Shown here: one piece after another, positions 26,999-39,379 of the stretch | How positions within the stretch are numbered: position 1 is the stretch's first letter | How the letters are laid out: every line of letters starts with the position of its first letter | Assembly (NCBI GenBank): GCA_964016885.1 | Contig: OZ024742.1 | Coordinates: 74,896,001-74,960,000, forward strand | DNA: 64,000 nt | Reading direction: 5' to 3' | From: Eledone cirrhosa | Lineage: Eukaryota | Program-made: the position numbers and the translations under genes | Notes under the pieces: generated by a model | Told to the model about the DNA's origin: nothing | Databases searched by the model: none | Seen by the model: the letters and a program-made list of their open reading frames with translations, nothing else

Positions 26999-27066
26999 CC
27001 TCATTACCAGAGGTTTCCCGAATAAAACGAATACAAGAAACGTCCTCATTCGTTCGTCAGTCAAGG
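26999..27066 (-). ncRNA. Hammerhead ribozyme in a pLTR-like region
   Basis: CUGACGA-aCGAAU...AUUCGg-GAAA-CC(UCU)GG-UA; imperfect stem I CCUUGA/AUGAGG. Confidence 0.65.
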
Positions 27067-27701
27067 CAAGTTAAAACATAGTGGATTATTTGAAAAATCC
27101 TCTCAAGAAAGGCAAAATTTTAACGGGCAAAAAAAAATATATAAATAAAAGTAATGCAAGAGATATATAAAAATAAAATAAGGAAATATAGTAAAGGTAT
27201 GTGTATAAATGTGTGTATATGCACATACAAATGTACATATGTGTGTATGTACAAATGCATGTGTATAGTGAAAATATGTGTGCGTATGTACATACATGAG
27301 TGCAAGCATATCAGTGTATGTGTGACCACAAATACGTATATAATATATGTTGAAAAAAAGAAATTGTAAGATAATAGAGTTAGCGTACATACAGACTCAA
27401 GGTTGAAATATTTACACATACAAGTATGAAAGCACGCGTATAAACACACACACACGCGCAACTACATACATGTATGTGATATATACAGGGAAGGGAGTGT
27501 ATCAGTCAGGCTGAAGGTCGATACAGATATAAAAATATAAAATATGAAAATGAAAACATATATGAGAATAAAAAAATTAAATCAAAGAGAAAGTAAGAGG
27601 GAGTGGTTATCAATTATAAAGTAACACTAGAAAAAATAAATAAAAAGTAGAAAACATACAGAGGTTCGTACGCACACACACATATATATACATATATATA
27701 C

Positions 27702-27768
<67 letters not shown>

Positions 27769-27818
27769 AGTATGTATGTATACGTACATATATATATGCA
27801 TACAGACGTACAGTAGCA

Positions 27819-27886
<68 letters not shown>

Positions 27887-28037
27887 CAGGTACACATACA
27901 TATATGTACGTATCAGTTTAGCGGACGCTTATTATAACGCCCGCTTTGTTCGTTTGTAAACAAACTGAACAGCCTGAATTTATGCCGTACGGTGTTAAGG
28001 CAACCACGTCACCTTTTTGTTCAACACTGACACAGGA

Positions 28038-28080
28038 ACGATGTACTAGTTTCAAGCTTGTTAGCTATTGTCAGCACCGT
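28038..28080 (-). ncRNA. Hammerhead ribozyme with G8A lesion
   Basis: ACGGUG-CUGACAA-uAGCU(AACA)AGCUu-GAAA-CUAG-UA-CAUCGU. Confidence 0.75.
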
Positions 28081-28501
28081 ATATCCTTCTGCCAGATGGT
28101 TGAACGTTCGAAAGTATATACATTCCTTATGAAAATTAACGGCTGAGCAGCCTAATTTGCATATCGAGTGAGTTAAATCGGTCAGGCGTACCGAAAACGA
28201 TAAGTTGTAATAAAATGAAAACGAAATTTCATTTCTCACTCTTAGTACGGCACTTACTTAAATGTAAGTATGTATGTATACGTACATACATATATGCATA
28301 CAGACGTACAGTAGCATGCATATATATATATATACATATATATATACATACAGGTACACATACATATATGTACGTATCAGTTTAGCGGACGCTTATTATA
28401 ACGCCCGCTTTGTTCGTTTGTAAACAAACTGAACAGCCTGAATTTATGCCGTACGGTGTTAAGGCAACCACGTCACCTTTTTGTTCAACACTGACACAGG
28501 A

Positions 28502-28544
28502 ACGATGTACTAGTTTCAAGCTTGTTAGCTATCGTCAGCACCGT
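28502..28544 (-). ncRNA. Minimal type I hammerhead ribozyme
   Basis: ACGGUG-CUGACGA-uAGCU(AACA)AGCUu-GAAA-CUAG-UA-CAUCGU. Confidence 0.9.
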
Positions 28545-28667
28545 ATACCCTTCTGCCAGATGGTTGAACGTTCGAAAGTATATACTTTCCTTATGAAAAT
28601 TAACGGCTGAGCAGCCTAATTTGCATATCGAGTGAGTTAAATCGGTCAGGCGTACCGAAAACGATAA

Positions 28668-30103
28668 GCGTGGGGGATGACGGTATAGAGGGACTTGATG
28701 TCTAGGGTGAAGAGGAAGGGCTGTGGGCCGGGTGGGTAGGTCAAGGAGTCGAAAAGGCGCAGGGCGTGGTTGGTGTCGGAGATGTGGGAGGGGAGGGTGG
28801 TGACAAGGGGGGCGAGGATGGAGTCGAGAAAGGCGGAGATGAGTTCGGTGGGGCAGTTGCAAGCGGAGACGATGGGGCGGCCGGGGTTGTCGGGTTTGTG
28901 GAGTTTGGGGAGGAAGTAGATGGTGGGGGTGCGGGGGGTGCGGACGATGAGGTGGGAAGCGGTGGGAGGGGGGGGGAGACGATAACGTCTTGGATAGTGG
29001 AGGAGACCTGTTGTTGGTAGAGGGGGGTGGGATCGCAGGGTAGAGGGCGGTAGAAGAGGGGGTTACAGAGCTGCGTGAGGGCTTCGGCCGTGTAGAGGTC
29101 CGCGCGCCACACCACTACGGCGCCTCCCTTGTCCGCCGGTTTGATGACGATGTCATCTCGGCTACGGAGGGAGCGGAGAGCGAGGAGTTCGCCCCGTGAG
29201 ATATTGTACCGTTTGGAACGGTGGCGGAAGTCGAAACGATTTACTGCGCTACGGCTGGCATCGACGAACGCTTCCAGCGTGCTAAATTGCCCTGGGGCCG
29301 GCGTCCAAGAAGATGGTCGTCGGCCCAGTGCGAGAAACGGGTCTGGGGCGTCCGGAGCCGGTGGCGTTCGGCCGAAATGTGCCTGTAGCTTAGTGCGTCG
29401 CACGAATCGCTCGACTTCCGTTCGGGTGCGGAACTCGTCGCTGTGCGGAGTGTGGGGTATGAAGCGAAGGCCTCTACTAAGGAGTGAGTGCTCAGGTGCG
29501 GAGAGGGGGGGTCAGGGGGTATGGTGACAACAAGTGGTGGGGTGGGGGGGGTGATGTGGAGGGGGAGATTGGGTAGGGGTGTGGGTAGAGGGAGAGGTGG
29601 AAAGTGGTGGGCGTATGGGGATGGGCGGGTGGTGGTGGATGGGGGTGGTTGGGAGGAGTGAGTGTAGCTTGCGGGCTTTGGTGGGGCTGAGGAAGGAGAA
29701 GAGGTTGTGGTTGAGGTTTTGTATGAAGGAGAGGATGGCTTGGGCGAGGAGGGGGTGGCAGGTGGAGTTAAGGCGGAGGAGGGTGGGGGTCAGTTGGTGG
29801 TCAAGTTGGCGGAGGGTGGAACGGGAGGCGCGGATGGAGTTGCGCGTGAGGATCGGGTGAGGATATGTTGCGTGGAGGGGGAAGCGGCGGGGGAAGGGTG
29901 GAAGTGTAGACGGAAGCCGAGGGGGATAAGGTGGAGGCGGAGGCAGTGGCTGAGGAAAAGCATGTGGCTGGAGTGCTGGGTTTTGGCGAAGAGAAGGTGG
30001 GAGAGTTGAAGGGCAGAGGGGAGATAGCAGGGTGGGAGGAGGGGGTGAGGAAAAGTTTGAGGCGATTATGTAGTTGGTGGAGAAAGGATCTCAGGCTGGG
30101 CAT
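28668..30103 (-). pseudogene. Neptune-like PLE ORF, N-terminal half, GC-rich
   Basis: ATG at 30103; SRGLRFIP, NISRGELLALRSL..RDDIVIKPADKGGAVVVW, PKLHKPDNPGRPIVS; ends at SLYTVIPH; frameshifts in C runs. Confidence 0.88.
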
Positions 30104-30599
30104 GGTGGGCGTTGGGTGAAAGCAGGGGGAGGGATGAGAAAGTAGGGGTCTGAAGCGGGGTGGAGTGAACGAAGGAGTGAGTGCGAAGGATAGGCAGAGA
30201 CGGGGAAGGGAAAATGAAACAGAAAAACGTAAGGAGGGGGGAGTATACACAGGAAAATTAAAGACAAAAAATCATAAAGGTAAAAACACAGGCAATCGTG
30301 AACAAAAAATCATAGAAATAAAATTGTAAGAACATACACACACACACATATATATAAGTATGTAAAAAACATTGATATAAAAATACACATACACACACAT
30401 ATATACACATACACGCGCACATACGAATGCATTCGTATACATATACAAACAGCTATACACACTTACACGCATACACACAATATAAAAACCAGCCGTATGA
30501 ATAAATGAGTACAAATTATACGCGAGTAAATACATAAAAGCGGCTGATGGACAACGGAATATATCTGGAGTTGAAAACACAAGTGACATGTGATATCAG

Positions 30600-32725
30600 G
30601 TAGTGAAAGAAAAGGGGGAAGTAAAATATGCAAAATTGTTAAGATATAAAGTAAGTGAATCAAAAAGAAGGGGGGGGGGTCCCTGGTGGATGTGAAGTAA
30701 AAATAAAGTTAAAAATAAAAATAAAAGTAAATCAGAAAGAGAACTCTGTAAAGAAGGTAAGTTAAGGAAAGTGAAGAACAAGAGTTTATGGAGGATAAGT
30801 ATCTGAAAGTGAGTTAAGTTTATATGAGCTGGAAAGCACATGTGATTTCATGTGTGGGCAACTGGTGAAAATGTGTGTTTTTGCATTTAGGCAGGTTTTT
30901 GGTGATTTAAGGTTCTGTAAATTCCAATATTTTTCACTTATGCAGAATGCGCATCTTCTTGTTCCTCTTGCATATTCTTTAGATTGGTTTAAAATTGACC
31001 AATCTAATTTATATTGGATACCTTGGACTTTCAAATCCCATATTCTGCTAGCCAGAGCTGTTGTAAATCTTTTTTCAGGATGTCGGAAAGATGCGACATG
31101 TGAGTAATAACGCGTTTTGAATTTGTCTTGTGTCATACCCACATATCGTTCGCTGGTGGCTGGTGGGTTGTTGCTGGTGGTTGTCACTTTAGCCGCATAT
31201 ACAATGGCTTTGGTGTTGCATTTACCTTGTAATGGGCATTCACTTTTGACTCTACAGGAGCAATTTTGATGTTCTCTGGGTATTTTCTTATTGAGGATAT
31301 AAGATTTAATAGGGGGACCGCAGGAGTAGCTGATTTTGACACAGTTTCTATTGAAGATCTTATAGTATGTATGTGTTCTAGGGAAATGTTTATCTAAGAG
31401 CTCTAGGAATTTTTTGCCTACATTAGTTTTAATTGCTAAGGAATAGGGGGGGGGGGAGGTGAACCAGATTATTTTTCTTTTCCTATTATTATGTTTAAAG
31501 GAGTTAGTATGGTTGTGTATGTACTTTATCGGTTCGCTAAATCCGCTATTTTGAAGGACTTTATTATAGTAGGGGATGCCTTATTGAAAATAGCTTCTGA
31601 GGAAGAGAGGGTGGAGATCCTACGGCTAATATTAGTGATAAGATTTTTAAAAACTATAGGAAGATGACAAGAGCTTTTATTTATATATTTTAAATTTTCA
31701 TTAGGTTTATGGTACGGTTTATAAGAAGCAGTAGGCAGATCTAGGTTTATATCTAGAAAATTGACATTAGAAAGGTTAGTGTCAATGGTAATTTTAAGAT
31801 TAATTCCCTAACAATACCTTTGGGCTTTATCGTGACGATGGTCTAATACTTTCCCATACCACTATAAGCCATAACTTAAATAGATTCAGGAAAGACTTAA
31901 TAAAAACATTCGCTAGTTTTAATCTTAAAATTACCATTGACACTAACCTTTCTAATGTTAATTTTCTAGATATAAACCTAGATCTGCCTACTGCTTTTTA
32001 TAAACACATAGATACTCTAAGATCTTCAATAGAAACTGTGTCAAAATCAGCTACTCCTGCGGTCCCCCTATTAAATCTTATATCCTCAATAAGAAAATAC
32101 CCAGAGAACATCAAAATTGCTCCTGTAGAGTCAAAAGTGAATGCCCATTACAAGGTAAATGCAACACCAAAGCCATTGTGTATGCGGCTAAAGTGACAAC
32201 CACCAGCAACAACCCACCAGCCACCAGCGAATGATATGTGGGTATGACACAAGACAAATTCAAAACGCGTTATTACTCACATGTCGCATCTTTCCGACAT
32301 CCTGAAAACAGATTTACAACAGCCCTGGCTGGAAGAATAAGGTATCCAATATAAATTAGATTGGTTTATTTTAAACCAATCTAAAGAATATGCAAGAGGA
32401 ACAAGAAGATGCGCACTCTGCATAAGTGAAAAATATTGGAATTTACAGAACCTTAAATCACCAAAAACCTGCCTAAATGCAAAAACATAAATTTTCACCA
32501 GTTGCCCACACATGAAATCACACTTGCTTTCCAGCTCATATAAACTTAACTCACTTTCAGATACTTATCCTCCATAAACTCTTGTTCTTCACTTTCCTTA
32601 ACTTACCTTCTTTACAGAGTTCTCTTTCTGATTTACTTTTATTTTTATATTTAACTTTATTTTTACTTCACATCCACCAGTGACGCCCCCCCCCCTGCTT
32701 TTTGATTTACCTACTTTATATCTTC
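30600..32725. mobile_element. Naiad-like PLE as head-to-head inverted pair
   Basis: 30640-31805(-) mirrors 31890-32725(+), the right arm having internal deletions; RYVGMTQDKFKTRYYSH..CAFCISEK..SCPH. Confidence 0.92.
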
Positions 32726-32820
32726 ACAAATGTTTATTATACATTAAATTTAGCTCTGTAACTTACATAGAGCACTCTTCACTCCTATGACTTTTTAAAT
32801 TTTCAACGGAAACTTCAATA

Positions 32821-32863
<43 letters not shown>

Positions 32864-33059
32864 CTACATATACAATGTGAAGGCACATGGCATATTAGTT
32901 AGAGTGGTTGTATATATTCATTATTTATTCAAAGTAATCTAACTTATTTTCCTAACGGGATAAAAAAGTATGTTTCGGACGCAAATTTGTTATAGTTATG
33001 ATATATAATATAAATTATATATATACATTATATATATGTATGTATGTATGTAAATGTGA

Positions 33060-33099
<40 letters not shown>

Positions 33100-33106
<7 letters not shown>

Positions 33107-33630
33107 TAACAGATTAAAGTTTAAGCTAAGAATCGCTGCTTTCATCTTTAACGGGATATTCTGAAACTAACAAAGTCAATCTGTGAACGCAGAAGTGAAT
33201 ATTTCAAAAAACGTTGCAACCGGAGGAAGACAGGAAGACGATACTGATAATACTACTGATAAAAATGATTTCTGCCATTCCTTATCTACGGTCGTGAATA
33301 CAAGCGGCCGAAATGGGGTTCCTCCAAAGAGTCATTACCGTAACGTTACACGATAGAGTGCGTAGCTCGGAGACCAGAGTGTCACTCCAGGTAGTGCCAC
33401 TACTTCCCCGAATTGAGAGATCAACACTTCGATACTACGCACACATGTGATCAAAAGACGATAAGATAATACTACTGATACCAAAGTATCGTCTTCCTGT
33501 CTTCCTCCGGTTGCGACGTTTTTTGAAATATTCACTTCTGCGTTCACAGATTGACTTCGTTAGTTTCAGAAGATCCCGTTAAGAGTGAAAGCAGCGATTC
33601 TTTGCTTAAACTTTAATCTGTTATTTTAAT
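33100..33630. mobile_element. Fold-back element with ~145-bp inverted arms and locally copied filler
   Basis: 33100-33245 inverted to 33485-33630; filler copies 34364-34551. Confidence 0.8.
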
Positions 33631-33719
33631 AAATATTTGCTCTACGGTTCTTATATATTTGATATATATTTATCCTTATTGAGCCCTCTTTGGATTTTAG
33701 TCTTCAAATTTATTATTAT

Positions 33720-33795
<76 letters not shown>

Positions 33796-34394
33796 TCACA
33801 TTCTTTCTCACATTTAAAGAGGCAGTGCCCTATATTAAGGGCTTTCAAAATGCCGAAGTCATAGACCAAAAGGTTAGGACCAAAAAAGCACACGTAGTAC
33901 TCTGGTAAAAGGTCCATCATCAGTATATGGCTGAATTAATCCCATGATGGAGCTAAACAATATGGGCATAAAAGTAACCAAACATGAGATTTTACAGTGA
34001 CAAATGCATATGAGAACCAAATACAACTTTAAATATCTTCAGATATTAAACTCGCAAGAAGCAAAGACTAAGCACAACTACGAAAAATTAATTTACATGA
34101 ACGTGTAAATAGACATGTATATGTGCAAGCACTGACTTTAATTCCTGCTGTGCAGCACTCGACAGCTAACCTATCACCGGCCTGTCGGAGATCACTTTAA
34201 AACGAGTTAAGTAGTACTACGTCATCTACAAATTCTAACCCGGCTGCGCCTATCACTCCTGTTCATGAAAATTATGAACAAGTGAGGTTACATTACACAC
34301 CATTGGCGGAGTTCGGCACCCCCAAGAATGGTTCCCACATAGCATTATTTATCTTGAATTCGGATTTCTGCCATTCCTTATCTACGGTCGTGAA

Positions 34395-34725
34395 TACAAG
34401 CGGCCGAAATAGGGTTCCTCCAAAGAGTCATTACAGTAACGTTACACGATAGAGTGCGTAGCTCGGAGACCAGAGTGTCACTCCAGCTAGTGCCACTACT
34501 TCCCCGAATTGAGAGATCAACACTTCGATACTATGCACATATGATCAAAACGTCTAAGGAAAAGATTGCTGGATATATTTTGCAGGCAAAACCAACCGAT
34601 CGGAGACCCAGGGGTAGAGCCCGAGCAAGATGGCTGGATAATATCCATGAGCTCGGCTTGTCTCATTGGGGTTTCAGTTGGGTGAAGTAGTGACAATTTC
34701 TTTTGACAGCAACCTCTGAAGAAGA
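34395..34725 (+). mobile_element. RTE-clade LINE 3' fragment
   Basis: RSSETR..PLLPRIERSTLRYYAHM..RPRGRARARWLDNI; same family as 18140. Confidence 0.85.
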
Positions 34726-35348
34726 CGACATACACTTCCATAACATGTATTATCAGTTGTCCGAGAGCTGCAGCTTTAATATATTTTCACATTAGTGTAG
34801 TCTTGGCTTTTATCATTGCCGATAATACTACTGATAGCAGGTTTTCTAGTTCACATTGTTCTTGGTTGACCGATTTTCCATTTTGAAAAAAGAGAGGACA
34901 ACAGATTTAAAATGATATTGCATAAATTAAATTTAAAAATGTGCAAGAATGCTCAGTTGTCAATGCTGAAAATACGAATACGCTATGTATGAGTAAGAAC
35001 ATCACAAAGAGAGAGAGAGAGGGAGAGAGCGAAAGAGGGAGAGCATGAGAGAGAGATAAAGAGAGAGATAAGGGGAGAGAGAGGGTGAATACATACACAC
35101 ACACACATATCACACGTATATATGTATATATATATTTCGTTTCTGAATTTGTTTAGCAAGATTCTTTATCTGAAATTGTGTGTTGAAACCGATATTGTTA
35201 TACTTTGGGAGGGTCATATTGCCAATAAGAAACACACGCACCAGTTGCTTTCACTTCAATTTATTATAATAAATTTATAATAAATTTATAAATTTATAAA
35301 TTTCTGGTTGGTTGGTTGGTTCCACAACCAGATAGTTGTTTATATATT

Positions 35349-35391
35349 GTCATAGTTCTTTCGTCACACACTCTGTGACCTCTTCAGTGAC
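35349..35391 (-). ncRNA. Minimal type I hammerhead ribozyme, family B pLTR
   Basis: GUCA-CUGAAGA-gGUCACA(GAGUG)UGUGAC-GAAA-GAAC-UA-UGAC. Confidence 0.85.
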
Positions 35392-35521
35392 TGGGGATTC
35401 CTTTCTTTGTTTCTGTGCCTCTCCTTTGTTCTGTCCTACGCCATTTTGCTTCTGTGTGTGTGTTGTGTGCTCAGTCTGCGCATGCGCCACATCCGGGTGT
35501 CTGTGTGTGTTTATGTTCATC

Positions 35522-37657
35522 TCGCGTAATGGAGAGATAGCATGCTTTCCAACAGACAAGTCTGGCAGAATGTCGGTTGACAGCCTGCCAAACTACATCC
35601 AGGCAATGCAACCCCACATCACTAACACAAGAGAGGTAACACCACAGGAGCATGAGGATAGAGAAAAAGCCCTCAATGCCCATATGGTGATGTGGACGAA
35701 TATAATGCAGCCCAACAAAAGGACTGCCAACAACTTCCAGGCCTGGAACAATGACGTGCCGGCGTTGTATGGGCTTCGAAAAGACCATAAAACGGGCAGT
35801 GACCCTGTCGCGGGACCACCAACACGGCCAGTCTGTGGAGCTAACATTGCTAGTAACTACAGACTGTCCTACTTCCTCTCCCTGATCATACGCCCCATCA
35901 TTGAAATGTCCCCAGATGTATGTGACAGCACGGAAGACCTCCTCAGCAGAATCGGCGAGAGTAACCGATCTAGGGACCTAACAAACTGCATAATAGGTAG
36001 TATGGATGTTGTGTCCCTGTATCCATCTATTGACGTGGATTTTGCTGTGGAGAAATGCGTAGAAATGATCAGTGAGAGCAATGTTGAGTTCCGTGGGATT
36101 GATACCAGTGAGATGGGACTCCTACTTAAACTTACCTATAGTAATAATTACCTAGACACATATGACCTTAGCAACCTGTGCCCTACAAGACCAGCAAGAG
36201 GCAGACCACCTACCATTACCTCAATGGCCAAGAAAACCCACACAGATAGATGGAACGGGTGGACCAGAGCCATACGGACACCCGAAAACCACGATGAACT
36301 GAAGAAAATGATTGCACATGCGGTAGGGGCCAGCATAAAACTAACCCTTAAGGAACATATGTTCAAATTTAATGGAAAAACATATGCCCAAGAGGAAGGA
36401 GCAGCCATTGGTGTTAGCATTGCAGGCGACATAGCTAACTTATTCATGGTATGGTGGGACAGTAGACTTAAACTTAAACTTAAAGAACAATTAGAAGACC
36501 CCTTAACCCTGATAATGTACTCCCGCTACGTTGATGATATAAACATCGTAGTTAAGACACCCCCACTAGAGAAGAGTCAGGAACTAGAGAAAAACACAAT
36601 GGAAAGCATCCAGCAAATAGCTAACTCCATCCACCAGAGCATTAGAGATACTATAGACTACCCAAGTAAACACCCCAACCATCGATTACCTGTACTAGAC
36701 ACAGAGCTCTGGTTAGATACCATTAATAACAAAAAACAAATCCTCCATTCCCATTATGCCAAGCCCATGACTTCCAAACATCTGATCCACCGAAACTCGG
36801 CCGTTTCGGACCATACCAAAATCAACATACTGATTGCGGATTTGGTACGGGTGATGAGAAACGTGTCCCGCATGTGCAACCCCGAAGAACTAGAGAGACA
36901 CATACAACACTTCATCCACCGTATGCAGTTCTCTGGCTACAATCAGAGAGATACAATCAGAGTGTATAGAGGAGCCAGAACCAAATGGGAAAAAATGGTA
37001 AATAATGACATAAATGGTACCTGCCCCTTGTATAGGAGCAAATTTTGGTATAGAATAGAAAGAACTAGGAACAAGGCTAATAGAATAAACTCATGGTATG
37101 ATAGCAATAAATACCAGAGTGTAATGTTCATCGATACAACCCCTAGAGGTGAATTAGCTTACAAATTTAGAAGGGCCCTAGATAAACATAAACTCAATAT
37201 TAAGATAGTAGAAAGACCAGGTACCTCCGTAAAAACACTTATTAGCAAGACATACCCTTTTCAAAGACCCTCATGTATAGATAAGAAATGTATAACCTGT
37301 AAAATAAGCCCCCATATTAACTGTAAAACTAGAAATGTAGTGTATAGCATAAGGTGTACTGAAGGACAATGTAGAGACAAAAATATAGTGTACATAGGTG
37401 AGACAGCTCGTAGTGTAGGAGAACGGATAAATGAACACTGGCGAGACCTTCAAGATAGTAAAGAATCATCTGTACTCTACCAACATGGTAAAATAGAACA
37501 CAAGGTTAAATTAGAGAACATAGAAATAAAAATAGAATCTACACACAGAAAAGACGCAATGTTTAGACAAATCACAGAGGCAATAAACATAAAAGAATTA
37601 CAACCAAAATTAAATAGAAAATATGAGTGGAACAGCAACATCACAACTTACAATTAA
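35522..37657 (+). CDS. PLE RT plus GIY-YIG endonuclease, uninterrupted ~710 codons, native N-terminus missing
   Basis: TDKSG, PTRPVC, MDVVSLYP, GAAIG, YSRYVDD, PVLD; CxxC linker; VVYSIRC..VYIGETARS..ER..EH..E..LN. Confidence 0.9.
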   Translation, partial: SRNGEIACFPTDKSGRMSVDSLPNYIQAMQPHITNTREVTPQEHEDREKALNAHMVMWTNIMQPNKRTANNFQAWNNDVPALYGLRKDHKTGSDPVAGPPTRPVCGANIASNYRLSYFLSLIIRPIIEMSPDVCDSTEDLLSRIGESNRSRDLTNCIIGSMDVVSLYPSIDVDFAVEKCVEMISESNVEFRGIDTSEMGLLLKLTYSNNYLDTYDLSNLCPTRPARGRPPTITSMAKKTHTDRWNGWTRAIRTPENHDELKKMIAHAVGASIKLTLKEHMFKFNGKTYAQEEGAAIGVSIAGDIANLFMVWWDSRLKLKLKEQLEDPLTLIMYSRYVDDINIVVKTPPLEKSQELEKNTMESIQQIANSIHQSIRDTIDYPSKHPNHRLPVLDTELWLDTINNKKQILHSHYAKPMTSKHLIHRNSAVSDHTKINILIADLVRVMRNVSRMCNPEELERHIQHFIHRMQFSGYNQRDTIRVYRGARTKWEKMVNNDINGTCPLYRSKFWYRIERTRNKANRINSWYDSNKYQSVMFIDTTPRGELAYKFRRALDKHKLNIKIVERPGTSVKTLISKTYPFQRPSCIDKKCITCKISPHINCKTRNVVYSIRCTEGQCRDKNIVYIGETARSVGERINEHWRDLQDSKESSVLYQHGKIEHKVKLENIEIKIESTHRKDAMFRQITEAINIKELQPKLNRKYEWNSNITTYN

Positions 37658-37759
37658 GGACAAAATGAAAACACACACACACATAGAACAAACAACCAAC
37701 CAGTAACATGTAAATAAACAAATAAATAAATGAACATAAACACACACAGACACCCGGAT

Positions 37760-38045
37760 GGTCTCTTAGTTAGAGTGTTTGACTCTCAATCGAAGGTGGT
37801 GTGTTCAATTCCTGGCGATGTATTGTGTTATTGAGCAAAACATTTTGGTTCACAAAGCAACAGTTCACTGGTAAATATGGCTTGCAACTGCAATTAAAAA
37901 GGGACTTCCATGCCACATACTCTGTCACGATGAATTGCCATGGAAACTAGGTTAACCCAGCACGAATCTGTAGAATGCCCAGTCACTTGCATATCAATTT
38001 CACGAGCATGTTATTTCGTTGTTTATTCCCAACTCGTTGTCCTTT
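37760..38045 (+). mobile_element. Decayed tRNA-derived (CORE-like) SINE
   Basis: A/B-box remnants (tagttagagtg...gttcaattcct) and ttgagcaaaacatt. Confidence 0.5.
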
Positions 38046-38328
38046 AACTCACCTTATTTTTGATAGCCATCTATGGGGACTATTTCTGTCTGTGTATTTT
38101 TTCTAGATAGCGGTATCGAAATTTTGTCACGTAACTTGCATACAATTTGTAGTAGTCGGTAATAAATTTCACAGGTGCGATGATTCATTGACCCCTAGAT
38201 TATTGTTAAATGATATCCCGCATCTTTATTTATAACGGACTGCATTTAATCATCTCTATTTAATTCAGATTGGTGATCTGTTCACAACAAATGTGACTCT
38301 GCTAGAAACACTCAAGGGCTAGGAGGTA

Positions 38329-38350
38329 AACAACAACAACAACAACAACA

Positions 38351-38420
<70 letters not shown>
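38329..38420. repeat. (AAC)n(TAC)n microsatellite
   Basis: Direct reading. Confidence 0.95.
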
Positions 38421-39379
38421 TATTTGCTTAGTATATATGAACACTAGAAGATAAGTACTCATAGACATATACAAATAAAACTGTCCACACCATACCAACA
38501 TCCCTGTATGAGGTAAATCAGTCCACATTTAGAGTGAAAGAAAACAAACCAATAATCGGAGCTGAGAGCCAAATTGGTAGGTTGTATAGAATTATTTTCT
38601 TTTCTTTAAATAATTATTTTCAAATACACACTCATTATATTTTTCTATCTATATGTGCGGGCACATTACTCTTCAATACAGTTTTTATGTCATGTAAGTG
38701 AATTTTGTCAGATGGAAACTGGACAGAATCCCGTCGTATATGTATATATATACATATATATATATATGTATGTGTCCGTCAGTATTTATGTTTAATACCA
38801 CTTTATATTGTGTAACTTAGCGGTTCAATAAAGAGGGATCGATAAAATGAGTATCAGACTTGAAAAAAATGATCGTCTAAATTCCTTCAGGAGGGTGCCA
38901 TAGAATGGCCATTGTCTAATGGTTGAAAACTGTAAACGAATAAAAGAACATATGTTAGCCTATAAATATATTTTATTTTATGTACTATCCATTTATTAAA
39001 TAAAGTATGGTGATCCAGAAGTATATCATACCGTGATAATGAAACAATGTAGTTTTCCCCTTCAATATGGATTTTCAATGAATAATTTATTAGTTCTCAC
39101 TTTTGCTAGAGGTTTCCTCGACTAGCTTTTTGTTTTGGAGTACCAGAGATCTTTATCAATCACTATTTGTCATTTCTGCTTGTCATTTCTCGCTATTTGC
39201 GAAAAAATATTCTACAATTGCCCCGCGATGTGAGGTGGTTGTTGTAGCGGGTATCACTGGTCATTTTTAGCGACAATGTCTTTGTCAGCCGAAACATCAC
39301 TCTTACTTAGGTGTAGAGTCTGTCAATAAGAAATACCTTCAACTGTCTGCTCCACGATCACTGGCTTAATGTTTTCCTC

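Larger units (their letters stand above)
27768..28667 (-). mobile_element. Retrozyme-like HHR repeat, locus 2: tandem dimer, period 464
   Basis: 27946 repeats at 28410; homologous to 18830-19641; one HHR per monomer. Confidence 0.85.
35138..37759 (+). mobile_element. PLE family B copy 2: inverted pLTR (35138-35519) joined to a 5'-truncated ORF
   Basis: Comparison with copy 1, where the same pLTR lies 3' of the ORF in sense orientation. Confidence 0.92.

Noticed and set aside
32231-32235. TGA in GIY-YIG as selenocysteine
   Set aside because: The opposite arm has CGA (Arg), consistent with CpG decay
35336-35519. N-terminal 60 aa of the 773-aa ORF as native protein
   Set aside because: It is the antisense pLTR; copy 1 shows a different true upstream sequence
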